Of a stretch of DNA of 60,433 nt, positions 40,301 to 48,832 are shown piece by piece. The notes under the pieces are model-generated. The model saw nothing but the letters and a program-made list of their open reading frames with translations, was not told the origin of the DNA and did no database searches. Both the position numbers and the translations under genes were made by a program. Each line of letters opens with the position of its first letter. Position 1 is the first letter of the stretch. This DNA comes from an uncultured Bacilli bacterium (GTDB lineage: Bacteria > Bacillota_I > Bacilli_A > RF39 > UBA660): NCBI GenBank assembly GCA_947623685.1, contig CANQHF010000005.1:1-60433 (forward strand). The letters are read 5' to 3'.

Positions 40301-40704
40301 GTTTGTCTTACTGCATATATATCTTGATGATCTCCTAATATACTAAGGGCATGAGTTGCTAAGCTTCTTGCGGCAACGTTTATAACGCAAGGCAAGCACT
40401 CACCTGCTATTTTATACATACTAGGAATCATAAGTAAAAGGCCTTGAGAAGCCGTGTAAGTAGTTGCTAGGCATCCAGCTTGTAACATTCCATGAACTAA
40501 TCCAATCGCTCCTTTTTCACTTTGCATCTCAACTACCTTCAAAGGAAAACCATACAAATTATTAAATCCTTTACCAGACAATTCATCTACTTTTTCAGCC
40601 ATGGTAGATGCTGGTGTTATTGGATATATTCCAGCAGCTTCACTAAAAAGATAAGAAATATAACTGCAAGCTTCATTTCCATCCATTACTTTATATCGTT
40701 TCAT
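37303..40704 (-). CDS. nifJ: pyruvate:ferredoxin (flavodoxin) oxidoreductase
   Basis: 1133 aa, two 4Fe-4S ferredoxin motifs (CIQCNMCALACPH, CTGCGVCQSICP), GDGW TPP-binding motif. Confidence 0.95.
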   Translation of the reverse strand: MKRYKVMDGNEACSYISYLFSEAAGIYPITPASTMAEKVDELSGKGFNNLYGFPLKVVEMQSEKGAIGLVHGMLQAGCLATTYTASQGLLLMIPSMYKIAGECLPCVINVAARSLATHALSILGDHQDIYAVRQTGFSMIASSNVQDVMNLTAVSYLSAIDNSMPVLNFFDGFRTSHELKKIEVLDGNDLLYMLNKKALDDFKDRSLIAKKVIRGTNQNDDVYFQNTEARNVKYDKMPDVVNDYMQKINEITGKDYKPFNYYGDKDASKVIVAMGSVCDTIKEVVQNEKGLGLVEVHLYRPFSKKYFFDVIPKTVKKIAVLDRTKEPGSIGEPLYLDVCALYQDKDVRPLIIGGRYGLSSKNTSAACIKAVFDFLDDPNCFTSFTVGIEDDLTNRSIKIPDYKIKHKGTREILVYGYGSDGMVTASKDVITIMGNYTDAFVQGYFEYDSKKSGGVTRSHLRIAREEINRPYYVEKANLLVCTKDTYLLRYDILDKIKNNGTFILVTDKKGSDLIDFLPNKVKQEIIDKNVCFYTIDAFDIAKRHNIINKVSMIMETAMFKVGNLVNYDLIIDKIKQQVKKKFSKKGSDIVNSNLSAIDEAVDALTKVDINMTMLSDDKANQNNLMDDKVMKYISSLEGNKLLVSDFEKHMDGSFLPSTSKLEKRDIANMLPCWDKDKCIQCNMCALACPHGVIRPFILTHDEVLKYDVEDKVAKVIGKDDLYFYMGISWKDCTGCGVCQSICPAKEKAIVMKDKNNAYKKNVSVMFEDDLNKNLFSKDTIKGSQFEKPLFEFSGACAGCGQTPYIKLLTQIIGDKLVIANATGCSSIYGASLPSMPYNVSWANSLFEDNAEFGLGIKMGDLIQKQRIKSILENSNLSEENESIARQWLDDEDSTEKSINMLHNFDFSESIKAERLKKYIMPKSVWIIGGDGWAYDIGYDGVDHVLASGQNVNILVLDTEVYSNTGGQQSKSTRSGATAKFASTGKSGKKKDLARMALNYDDVYVAQISLGANMQQAINAIKEAQNHNGPSIIIAYAPCITHGIKNGMQDSVFQERLAVESGYWTLFRYDPEKEKLTLDYKNPDFDKYEEFLNKENRYAMTKLVNEKRASELFEINKQTAKKRFEYYKSLSQKE

Positions 40705-40827
40705 AACTTACACCCTCTAACATAATAATTATATCATTATTAATTATATTTTAAAAGATAATAATATTTGTTTAGTTTGCCATATTTACTTATTTGTGAT
40801 ATAGTATAGCCTTAAAAAGGAGGCAAT

Positions 40828-41970
40828 ATGGCAAAAATTCGTCTTCCACTAGAAATGGAAAATAGAAAAATGTTTTTAGATGAAGAAAAAATAGATTTTA
40901 ATAAAAAGAAGCTAGAAAAGTTTTTGGAAAACGAACCCCAAATGAAAAACGCTTCTTTTGCTAAAAAAGTTTTATTATCTAATGAAGTTCAGTCTAATAA
41001 CAGCGTTGAAGGATACTATGATGATATTAAAAAAATTAAAGAAGTTGTTTTATCTTCTAAAAAATCTAAAAATAGAAAAGAAATAGATAAGTTAAGAATC
41101 ATTAATTTATATAAAGGCTATAAGTATATTCTTGATGAAAAGGATATAAATAAACACACTTTAAAGAAGCTATATAGTATTTTAAGTGATGGTTTAATAG
41201 AAAAATATGATTTAAAAAACATGGGAGAATTTTATAGATTAAAGCCAGTTTACATACACAACTCTAACAATTTATCTAAAATGCCAGCCGAAGGAATTGA
41301 TGCAAGTAAAATTGATTATTATATGAATGAATTATTTTCATTTATAAATAATAATTTTAATTCTAAATGTTTAACTGATGAATACATAAAATCACAAATA
41401 ATTCATTTTTATTTCGTATATATTCATCCATATTTTGATATAAACGGAAGATGTGCAAGAACCATTGCAATGTGGCATTTATTAAATAATAAAGCATTTC
41501 CTTACGTAATATTTAACAGGGGCATTGAATTTAACAAACAGGAATATTATAAAGTTATAATGGACGTAAGCAAGTTCGCCAACATATCATTTTTTGTTGA
41601 TTATATGATGAAAACGGTATTAATAGAACTACAAAAAGAGCACGTAATTCAAAACGTAGCAAGTGATAATAAAGATTTAACCGGAACGGATTATCAAACA
41701 CTACATTACCTACTTTCAATGAATGGTCTTTTAACACTATGCGATTTTGCAAACACATATAATAGATTTAATGATAAAAAGACAATACAAGAAATTTATA
41801 ATGAAATGATAGAACCTTTACTTGATAAAGGAATTATAATAGAACAAAGACAAACTAATAAAAAAATCAATAATGATGATCATAATTTCATATTTAAATT
41901 TAATAATAAATTCATTGATGATGACGCAATTAAAGTTGAAGAATTAAAGGTATTTAAAAATGGCTTATAA
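40828..41970 (+). CDS. Fic/DOC-family protein
   Basis: Fic motif variant HPYFDINGRCAR (canonical HxFx[D/E]GNGRxxR); upstream NNSVEG resembles the inhibitory (S/T)xxxE(G/N) helix. Confidence 0.8.
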   Translation: MAKIRLPLEMENRKMFLDEEKIDFNKKKLEKFLENEPQMKNASFAKKVLLSNEVQSNNSVEGYYDDIKKIKEVVLSSKKSKNRKEIDKLRIINLYKGYKYILDEKDINKHTLKKLYSILSDGLIEKYDLKNMGEFYRLKPVYIHNSNNLSKMPAEGIDASKIDYYMNELFSFINNNFNSKCLTDEYIKSQIIHFYFVYIHPYFDINGRCARTIAMWHLLNNKAFPYVIFNRGIEFNKQEYYKVIMDVSKFANISFFVDYMMKTVLIELQKEHVIQNVASDNKDLTGTDYQTLHYLLSMNGLLTLCDFANTYNRFNDKKTIQEIYNEMIEPLLDKGIIIEQRQTNKKINNDDHNFIFKFNNKFIDDDAIKVEELKVFKNGL

Positions 41971-41972
41971 AG

Positions 41973-43787
41973 TTAGCCATTTTTTCTTGCGTCAAATTTC
42001 TTTCTTTCTTCAGTATTTAATATTTTCTTTCTCATTCTAAAGTTTAAAGGAGTTATCTCAACTAATTCATCAGAATTAATATAATCTAAACATACTTCAA
42101 GCGATAATTTTCTAGGTCTTTTTAAAACCACGGTATGATCTTTACCAGCGCTTCTTGTATTAGTTTGTTGTTTTTGCTTTACAACGTTTACCGCTAAATC
42201 ATTTTCACGGTTATTTTCACCAACAATCATTCCTTCATACACTTCAAAACCTGGTTCTATAAACATAACACCACGATCTTCTAATTGCCCAAGACCATAA
42301 GCTGATGCTTTACCATTTTCCATTGAAACCAAAACGCCTAATTTTCTTTCACCTACAATGCTATCTGCCATTGGTAGGTACTCTTTAAAGGTGTGATTAA
42401 TTATTCCATAACCTTTAGTCATTGTCATAAAATCAGTCATAAAACCAATTAATCCACGAGATGGAATGGTATAATTAAGCCTTACTTGATTTTGATTATT
42501 AGTCATATTAATCATCGTTCCACCACGAATTCCCAAAGCTTCTATTACTGGACCTACCGTATCTTCTGGCACTTCAAGTTGTAAATCTTCATATGGTTCA
42601 CATAAAGCGCCGTCTATTTCTTTTACGATTACTTCTGGTTTTGAAACTTGCATTTCATAACCTTCTCTTCTCATATTTTCAATAAGAATTGAAAGATGTA
42701 ATTCTCCTCTACCAGATACTATCCAACTTTCAGTGTCATTAGGTTTTACTTTTAAAGACACGTCTTTTTGCGTTTCTTTAATTAATCTTTCTTCTAGTTT
42801 TCTTGCCGTTACAAACTTACCTTCACGCCCTGCAAAAGGAGAATTATTAACGCTAAAAGTCATTTGAAGAGTTGGTTCATCAATCCTAAGAATAGGAAGA
42901 GCCTTTTCTTTTCCAACCGTACAAATAGTTTCCCCAACTGATATATCAGGAAGACCTGCTATAGCAACTATTTCACCGGCATGAGCTTCTTTTATTTCAA
43001 TTCTTTTAAGTCCAAAGAAGCCAAATAATTTTTGAATTCTAAATTGTTTTATCGTACCATCTAACCTAACACATGATACGTTTTCGTTTTCCTTAATTGT
43101 TCCTTTTGCAATTCTTCCAATACCAATTCTTCCAACATAATCATTATAGTCTAATAAAGCTGGTTGAAATTGAAGTGGAGAATTAACGTCAGTTGATGGA
43201 GCTGGAATGTTATTTATTATCATATCAAGCACTGGATCCATGGTGTGTTTTTGTGTTGTTACGTCCTTATTTAAACTAGATGTTCCATTTATTGCAGATA
43301 CGTAAACAACTGGAAAATCAAGCTGCTCATCATCCGCACCAAGTTCTATGAATAACTCTAATACTTCATCTAATACCTCATCTATTCTAGTAGATGGTTT
43401 ATCAACTTTATTTATAACAACAATTGGTTTAACCCCAGCTTCTAAAGCCTTTTTTAAAACAAACCTTGTTTGTGGCATCGTTCCTTCATAAGCATCAACA
43501 ACCAATAACACCCCGTCAACCATATGCATTATTCTTTCTACTTCACCGCCAAAATCAGCGTGTCCTGGAGTATCTAATATATTTATACGGTAACCTTTAT
43601 AATTAATTGCCGTTGTTTTAGCTAGTATGGTTATTCCTCTTTCTTTTTCAATGTCATTAGAGTCCATTAATCTTTCATTTAATTCTTCATTGTCTCTAAA
43701 CGTTCCAGATTGTTTTAATAATTCATCAACAAGCGTTGTTTTACCATGGTCAACATGGGCAATAATAGCAACGTTTCTTATTTCCAT
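41973..43787 (-). CDS. typA: translational GTPase TypA/BipA
   Basis: [34 protein letters not shown]; ATG at 43787 with GAAGGTG SD. Confidence 0.95.
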   Translation of the reverse strand: MEIRNVAIIAHVDHGKTTLVDELLKQSGTFRDNEELNERLMDSNDIEKERGITILAKTTAINYKGYRINILDTPGHADFGGEVERIMHMVDGVLLVVDAYEGTMPQTRFVLKKALEAGVKPIVVINKVDKPSTRIDEVLDEVLELFIELGADDEQLDFPVVYVSAINGTSSLNKDVTTQKHTMDPVLDMIINNIPAPSTDVNSPLQFQPALLDYNDYVGRIGIGRIAKGTIKENENVSCVRLDGTIKQFRIQKLFGFFGLKRIEIKEAHAGEIVAIAGLPDISVGETICTVGKEKALPILRIDEPTLQMTFSVNNSPFAGREGKFVTARKLEERLIKETQKDVSLKVKPNDTESWIVSGRGELHLSILIENMRREGYEMQVSKPEVIVKEIDGALCEPYEDLQLEVPEDTVGPVIEALGIRGGTMINMTNNQNQVRLNYTIPSRGLIGFMTDFMTMTKGYGIINHTFKEYLPMADSIVGERKLGVLVSMENGKASAYGLGQLEDRGVMFIEPGFEVYEGMIVGENNRENDLAVNVVKQKQQTNTRSAGKDHTVVLKRPRKLSLEVCLDYINSDELVEITPLNFRMRKKILNTEERKKFDARKNG

Positions 43788-43871
43788 AATTTGCACCTTC
43801 TTTTTTACTAACTTGTTAATTATAACATAAAAAAGACAATTTCAAACAAAAAAGTAAGCTTTTTGCTTACT

Positions 43872-44678
43872 TTATGCAAGTGATTTTTCACTATATGCGT
43901 AAAACACCATATTACTATTACCATCAGCGTATTTTTTAAACTCACCAACAAGCGAATTATTTTCCCCTAATAACTCAACTGCTTCGTCAACGCTAATTAT
44001 TTTAGCACCTTTTTCATTTACTAACCTATCTGCGTTTTCTTTAGTTGTTCTTCCTACTATAACATCACCTATAGCAATAAAAGAATTTATATCCATTCCT
44101 AAATTACTAGCTTCCATTTGCCTTTGAGCACCAGAGATCGCTAAATAACTATAGCCTATATCAAGAAGTCCATAATCATCTTGTAATTCATTTAATGTAT
44201 CATTTTCCTTAACTTCATAACTTACGCACACGTTACTATTTTTATTATCTTCTATTTTTTTACTAATGCTATTTGCAGCTCCTAAACCTATAGCAGTAAT
44301 AACACCAGCTAAAATAGCCGTTTTTATAATCTTAAAGACTTTTTTTCTTTTAGTTTCTTTTTCTTTCAGTTTCTCATCCTTACTTCTTTCATCAATAACA
44401 CCAAAATCCTTATGTGGTAATGGATGTTTATTATTTACCATGTTAAATAATTCATCATTTTGTCTATTAAATGATACATAATCATCATACTCTTTTAACC
44501 CTATAGAAAATAATTTTTCTATTTCAAAAGTTAAATTACTTATCTTATTACTATCTTTATTTTTTTCTAAATAATCCTTTAATATATCTGATAATTTCGT
44601 TCCATCACAAACACTCTTGTTATCATCTTTTTCAATATCTTTTCTTTCAATATCTAATATTTCATATAAACTTTCCAT
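43872..44678 (-). CDS. hypothetical single-pass membrane protein with a LysM-like C-terminal segment
   Basis: TM AILAGVITAIGLGAA; YEVKENDTLNELQDDYG LysM-like; ATG at 44678 with AGGAGG SD. Confidence 0.5.
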   Translation of the reverse strand: MESLYEILDIERKDIEKDDNKSVCDGTKLSDILKDYLEKNKDSNKISNLTFEIEKLFSIGLKEYDDYVSFNRQNDELFNMVNNKHPLPHKDFGVIDERSKDEKLKEKETKRKKVFKIIKTAILAGVITAIGLGAANSISKKIEDNKNSNVCVSYEVKENDTLNELQDDYGLLDIGYSYLAISGAQRQMEASNLGMDINSFIAIGDVIVGRTTKENADRLVNEKGAKIISVDEAVELLGENNSLVGEFKKYADGNSNMVFYAYSEKSLA

Positions 44679-44770
44679 GATAAACCTCCTATCATATCTA
44701 TTATTAATAATAGCAAAGTTATATAAAAAATGCAAATTTAATCCCTTTAGTATGTAAAAAGAAGTATGTT

Positions 44771-46417
44771 TTATACTTCTTGAACCACGGTAATAATCAT
44801 TGGCCTACATTCTGTTTCATCATATAAATACGTACTTAGGCGCTCTCTAATACTTACTTTAATTTTATTATATTCAACGTAATTATCAGATGTGTTTTCT
44901 TTAATTACTTCTAATGATATTCTCTTTATTTCTTCAATTAAAGAAGAATTTTCTTTTACATAAATAAATCCCCTTGTTAATACTTCTGGGTACGCTAGTA
45001 TTTCTTTAGTACGTTTATCAAGTGTAGCACAAATAATTACTATTCCATTATCAGATAATAACTCCCTATCTTTTAAAACTAACTCTCCGATATCTTCTGA
45101 TGAATTACCATCAATTAATATGTCATCAACTTTTATTCTTTCTTTTTCATCCTTTAGCTTACCATTAACTATTGTTACAACATCACCATTTTGTTTTAAT
45201 AAAATGTTTTCTTTTTTCATTCCAATGTGACTTGCAGCGTTAGCGTTTGCAACCATATGACGATACTCCCCAATAACTGGCATATAGTATTTAGGATTCA
45301 TCAAATCAAGCATTAACATTATATCCTCGCTTGATGCGTGATGTAATAAATGCTCCTTTCTTGACATCGTAACAACCGTCGCTCCAATTTTTGACACATC
45401 ATCAATTACTTTTATCGCTGATTTTTCATTATAATCATTAATTGGTTCCATAAATAAAATGGTATCAGTTGGTTTTATGCTAACATATCTATCATAACCA
45501 TTTATTATTCTATTTAAATTCATAAATGGTTTTTCTCTTTCATTTGATATTAAAATCACCGAATCCTTATCATTTATGTTACTTAAATCACCAATTCTAC
45601 TTCGATCAAATTTCACGTAATTATTATTTAAAATATCATTAATAATTCCTTGTAATTTATGACCCATTACAACAACTCTTCTAGTTGTTTTAGATATCTC
45701 ATTAAATAATTCTTCAATCCTTGATACATGCGCGGTAAATACGTTTACTATAACCCTATTTTCAGTTTTGCTAAGCGTATCTTTAATAAGCTTATCTACC
45801 CTATTTTTAGGAGATGTATATCCCACTTTATCAGCGTACATCGATTCCCCCATCAATAATAAAACTCCTTGTTTACCAATGTATGCAAGTTTTCCTATAT
45901 CAGCTTTATATGGTCCTAACATAGTTGCATCAAAAACATAATTACCGGTATAAAAAATCGTTCCATCCTTGGTATTTAAAGCATAACCAACGTTATCTGG
46001 AATAGAATGAGTAAGTCTTACTGGAAAAATACTATTTTTACCAAAATTTATTTTTTTATGTGGGTCTATTTCAATAATATTTTTAAATCTTATGTTATCA
46101 TTTTCTAATTCTTTTCTTAAAATATCCGCTGTAAATTTAGTAGCATAAACCTTTAAACTAGGAATTACCTTAACTATATCACATACCGCACCCATATTCT
46201 TTTCGTGGCCATGAGTTATAAATAAACCTTTAATGTTTTTTAAATTATCTTTTATATAATCAAAATTTGGTATAACATAATCAACTCCTAAAAGTTTATC
46301 ATCAGCATATTTTAAACCCGCATCAAAAATAAATATATCGGCATCAACTTTAACAACGTACATGTTTTTGCCTTCTTCATTAAGACCACCTAAACTAAAT
46401 ATCTTAATTTTACTCAC
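44771..46417 (-). CDS. RNase J-family protein (metallo-beta-lactamase/beta-CASP) with substituted catalytic motifs (J2-like)
   Basis: IKIFSLGGLNEEGKNMYVV start and overall RNase J layout, but the motifs read THGHEKNMG, YTGNYVFD, HHASSED, PVIGEYRH. Probable GTG start at 46417 (GAAAGGAG SD 7 nt upstream). Confidence 0.8.
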   Translation of the reverse strand: MSKIKIFSLGGLNEEGKNMYVVKVDADIFIFDAGLKYADDKLLGVDYVIPNFDYIKDNLKNIKGLFITHGHEKNMGAVCDIVKVIPSLKVYATKFTADILRKELENDNIRFKNIIEIDPHKKINFGKNSIFPVRLTHSIPDNVGYALNTKDGTIFYTGNYVFDATMLGPYKADIGKLAYIGKQGVLLLMGESMYADKVGYTSPKNRVDKLIKDTLSKTENRVIVNVFTAHVSRIEELFNEISKTTRRVVVMGHKLQGIINDILNNNYVKFDRSRIGDLSNINDKDSVILISNEREKPFMNLNRIINGYDRYVSIKPTDTILFMEPINDYNEKSAIKVIDDVSKIGATVVTMSRKEHLLHHASSEDIMLMLDLMNPKYYMPVIGEYRHMVANANAASHIGMKKENILLKQNGDVVTIVNGKLKDEKERIKVDDILIDGNSSEDIGELVLKDRELLSDNGIVIICATLDKRTKEILAYPEVLTRGFIYVKENSSLIEEIKRISLEVIKENTSDNYVEYNKIKVSIRERLSTYLYDETECRPMIITVVQEV

Positions 46418-46558
46418 TTTTTTTCTCCTTTCTTTTTTTATCAAGTGATATAATTATAGCATGTTTCAAAAAAAATTACTATATTGAATTAAGTAATGAA
46501 GCCTTATGATTTAATAAATAGAAATTTGTTTACATAGATTTTTATTATTGTATAATTA

Positions 46559-46587
46559 GAAAAAACCACTGGATAGTGGCTTTTTTT
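46559..46587. terminator. bidirectional rho-independent terminator
   Basis: A5-CCACT-ggat-AGTGG-C-T7. Confidence 0.65.
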
Positions 46588-46658
46588 ATATTATTTTATT
46601 TATCTAAATTAGTTATTTTTTATTATTTTTAATTATATAATTTCTTATATTAATAATC

Positions 46659-48398
46659 CTAATCATAATAAATTTCATAAGGCGCTGATGTTGATCCAGT
46701 TCCATTAACATACTTAACACTATTCTTTAAGGATATACTTGGTAGAATCGCTAAACTCCAATCATTTAAAGGACTATTACTAAATCCTTTTACATTAGTA
46801 ATATCACCTTTAGGATCAGTATCATACATCGTGATATCAGTTAATAACCACATAGTATAATCATAAGAACTAATATACGGAATCAAACTCTGACTAGAAT
46901 AACCAGCTCCTGCAAGCATTGCTTCATCAACATTTATTAATCCAATGGGATTATTAATAATTAAATCGCATATATCTTCTCGCATACAACTGTAATATCC
47001 TCGACTCGCATCTTTCCTGCCTACAGTATAACCATCAATTATAGGCATTCCATTTTTAATTCTAGTATCTTGTCTATTCTCATCAGATGTATCAGTATCT
47101 CTTACCTTTTGAAACCAAAGGGTATCTTCTACATAGTCTGAATATTTATGAGTTGTACCACTAACACTCTGTTTTATAGCATCTTCATACCAAAAATCTA
47201 GAAACTGGGCCATAGTGCTCCTATCCCCTTGTAAATTAGAGGTATAACCACCTTCAAGACCATAAAAATATTTATAATGAAACTGATTTTGAGAATTCAT
47301 ATCCCAAGGAGTTCCACCAATAGGATCTTTTTTCTCACTGCAAGCACCATTAGTTGATTCACCATTATAAATCATCTTTATTCCACCAGTACTTGTTGTT
47401 CTTACTATTCTCCAGCAAAGGTTTGCAAATAATACATTATTCTTTAGTGAGACACCTCCCCTATAGTAATATACTGGATAAGTATTTTTACTTGTTGATG
47501 AGAATATATACTTTCCATCACCATTTCCACCAATTAATGATACTGATTTTTTAAAATCTATGCCTGTATCTGATGATACATTAGCACTTTTGATATTATC
47601 CATTACCGCACCATTTTTGATAGTAGCATAAAGACTTATAGGCCTTGTACCATCAATTACTAAATCACCAGTTACATTTTTGATGGTAAGTTGACCATTT
47701 TGATATGTATATTGACTATCTGTTAGCTTAACTCCACCTTGCGTTATATTAAATGATATATAACCAGTACCTATATCTGCAATTAAAATATCAGTATCTA
47801 ATATTTCTGTTTTTAAACCAGTTGCTGTTATGTTTTTATAAGTTATCTTATGCACCTGTTTAAATGTAAATCCTAGATTAAAAGTAAAGTCTTTCGATGC
47901 CGTAGTAGAGTTATATTTACCACCATTATATTTTATTACTATTTCAATTGTTCTTTTTGCTCCCAATGTACATTTAGTTGCAGTAGTATTATCGCATATT
48001 TTAGTTCCATATGGATAAGATGTTGCAGCCATTAATTCTTCTGGTAAATTGGTATTTACAATATTTAAAAGACCCATCTCAACATTTCCTATATTAGTTA
48101 TTTCTACCATATATCTTACTGCTGAGTTTGCATTTGGAAGTCTTACGCTTCCACTTATGCTAGATACGTTATAATCTTCCCAGTTAGATACACCACCATC
48201 GGTTCCACTTAAAACAGATATATTTGTTACCCTAATATCTTTTTCTACTCTTACTACAGCTTTAATGTCTTTTACGTTTAGTTTAGTATTAAATGCTGAA
48301 TAACCCACGGATATTAGTAAAGTCATTATTACCATTACGCTTGCTATTATACTTGGCACTTGCAATTTTTTTTGTTTTTTCAACAGAATCATCTCCAC
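46659..48398 (-). CDS. secreted/anchored surface protein (579 aa), paralogue of the edge gene 59964..60433
   Basis: N-terminal TM plus ISVGYSAFNTKLNV leader; VEKDIRVTN...VEITNIGNV domain shared with 28470..30386; C-terminal NPIGLINVDEAMLAGAG...LPSISLKNSVKYVNGTGSTSAPYEI shared with 59964..60433. The exact start is uncertain (GTG/ATG/TTG within the first 6 codons). Confidence 0.75.
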   Translation of the reverse strand: MEMILLKKQKKLQVPSIIASVMVIMTLLISVGYSAFNTKLNVKDIKAVVRVEKDIRVTNISVLSGTDGGVSNWEDYNVSSISGSVRLPNANSAVRYMVEITNIGNVEMGLLNIVNTNLPEELMAATSYPYGTKICDNTTATKCTLGAKRTIEIVIKYNGGKYNSTTASKDFTFNLGFTFKQVHKITYKNITATGLKTEILDTDILIADIGTGYISFNITQGGVKLTDSQYTYQNGQLTIKNVTGDLVIDGTRPISLYATIKNGAVMDNIKSANVSSDTGIDFKKSVSLIGGNGDGKYIFSSTSKNTYPVYYYRGGVSLKNNVLFANLCWRIVRTTSTGGIKMIYNGESTNGACSEKKDPIGGTPWDMNSQNQFHYKYFYGLEGGYTSNLQGDRSTMAQFLDFWYEDAIKQSVSGTTHKYSDYVEDTLWFQKVRDTDTSDENRQDTRIKNGMPIIDGYTVGRKDASRGYYSCMREDICDLIINNPIGLINVDEAMLAGAGYSSQSLIPYISSYDYTMWLLTDITMYDTDPKGDITNVKGFSNSPLNDWSLAILPSISLKNSVKYVNGTGSTSAPYEIYYD

Positions 48399-48420
48399 AA
48401 TTTTTCAATTTCCTATGTTA

Positions 48421-48448
48421 ATAATATCATAGACCCCCCCCCGGTCAA
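48421..48448 (-). promoter_or_regulatory. sigma-A-type promoter TTGACC-N16-TATTAT with a G9 homopolymer in the spacer
   Basis: Minus strand TTGACC(48448..48443) GGGGGGGGGtctatga TATTAT(48426..48421); C9 run at 48434..48442 on +. Confidence 0.55.
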
Positions 48449-48485
48449 GTTTTTGAATTGATTGTGGAAAACAAATGAAAAGCTG

Positions 48486-48514
48486 TTTACATATATTTTT
48501 TATTATTGTATAAT
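48486..48514 (+). promoter_or_regulatory. strong plus-strand promoter TTTACA-N17-TATAAT
   Basis: TTTACA 48486..48491, TATAAT 48509..48514, TG immediately upstream of the -10. Confidence 0.55.
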
Positions 48515-48520
48515 TTATTT

Positions 48521-48610
48521 AGTGAGAGCAACCTACTAGGTTAGTTTGCTTTCCAAAAACATTTGGAAAGATACACTTACCCATTTGGGTAAGTGTATCT
48601 TTTATTTTTT
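48521..48610 (+). ncRNA. candidate about 90-nt small RNA (putative type I antitoxin), convergent with the small peptide gene
   Basis: Starts about 7 nt after the TATAAT. Contains a perfect 9-bp hairpin CTTTCCAAA-aaca-TTTGGAAAG. Ends in a 14-bp hairpin GATACACTTACCCA/TGGGTAAGTGTATC followed by TTTTATTTTTT. Confidence 0.4.
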
Positions 48611-48682
48611 ACATATTAGTAATACCAAGATGCAAAAAAGTAAAATGATTATTACTTTAAGAAATGTTATTTCTTTTTTCAT
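48602..48682 (-). CDS. 26-aa hydrophobic peptide MKKEITFLKVIIILLFCILVLLICKK (type I toxin-like)
   Basis: GGGGTGG SD 8 nt upstream of the ATG at 48682; single TM with a Lys-rich tail; the SD can pair with upstream CCACTTTTCC. The rest of the 71-aa ORF-track ORF has no SD. Confidence 0.4.
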   Translation of the reverse strand: MKKEITFLKVIIILLFCILVLLICKK

Positions 48683-48802
48683 AAGCATCACCACCCCTCT
48701 TTTTAAAGGAAAAGTGGAAAGATAAACCAACCCAATATAAGTTGCCCTCATATTAATATTTAGACATAACTTTTTAAATTCCCCTAAAAGTTTTGAAAAA
48801 AA

Positions 48803-48829
48803 TAAAAAAATATGCAAAAAGCATATTCT
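48803..48829 (-). terminator. rho-independent terminator after 48833..49504
   Basis: Minus strand AATATGC-ttttt-GCATATT followed by a T-run. Confidence 0.65.
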
Positions 48830-48832
48830 TAT

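Noticed and set aside
801-44481. Other short antisense ORFs in the track (e.g. 801..992, 1460..1657, 3800..4099, 5125..5346, 14070..14309, 16182..16424, 22065..22415, 29569..30153, 31627..31995, 44266..44481)
   Set aside because: Each lies wholly inside a longer, motif-supported gene on the opposite strand, lacks an SD and has skewed low-complexity composition.
48683-48817. Upstream two-thirds of the 71-aa ORF 48602..48817
   Set aside because: There is no SD at its start, and it overlaps the terminator of the upstream gene. Only the last 26-28 codons follow a ribosome-binding site.
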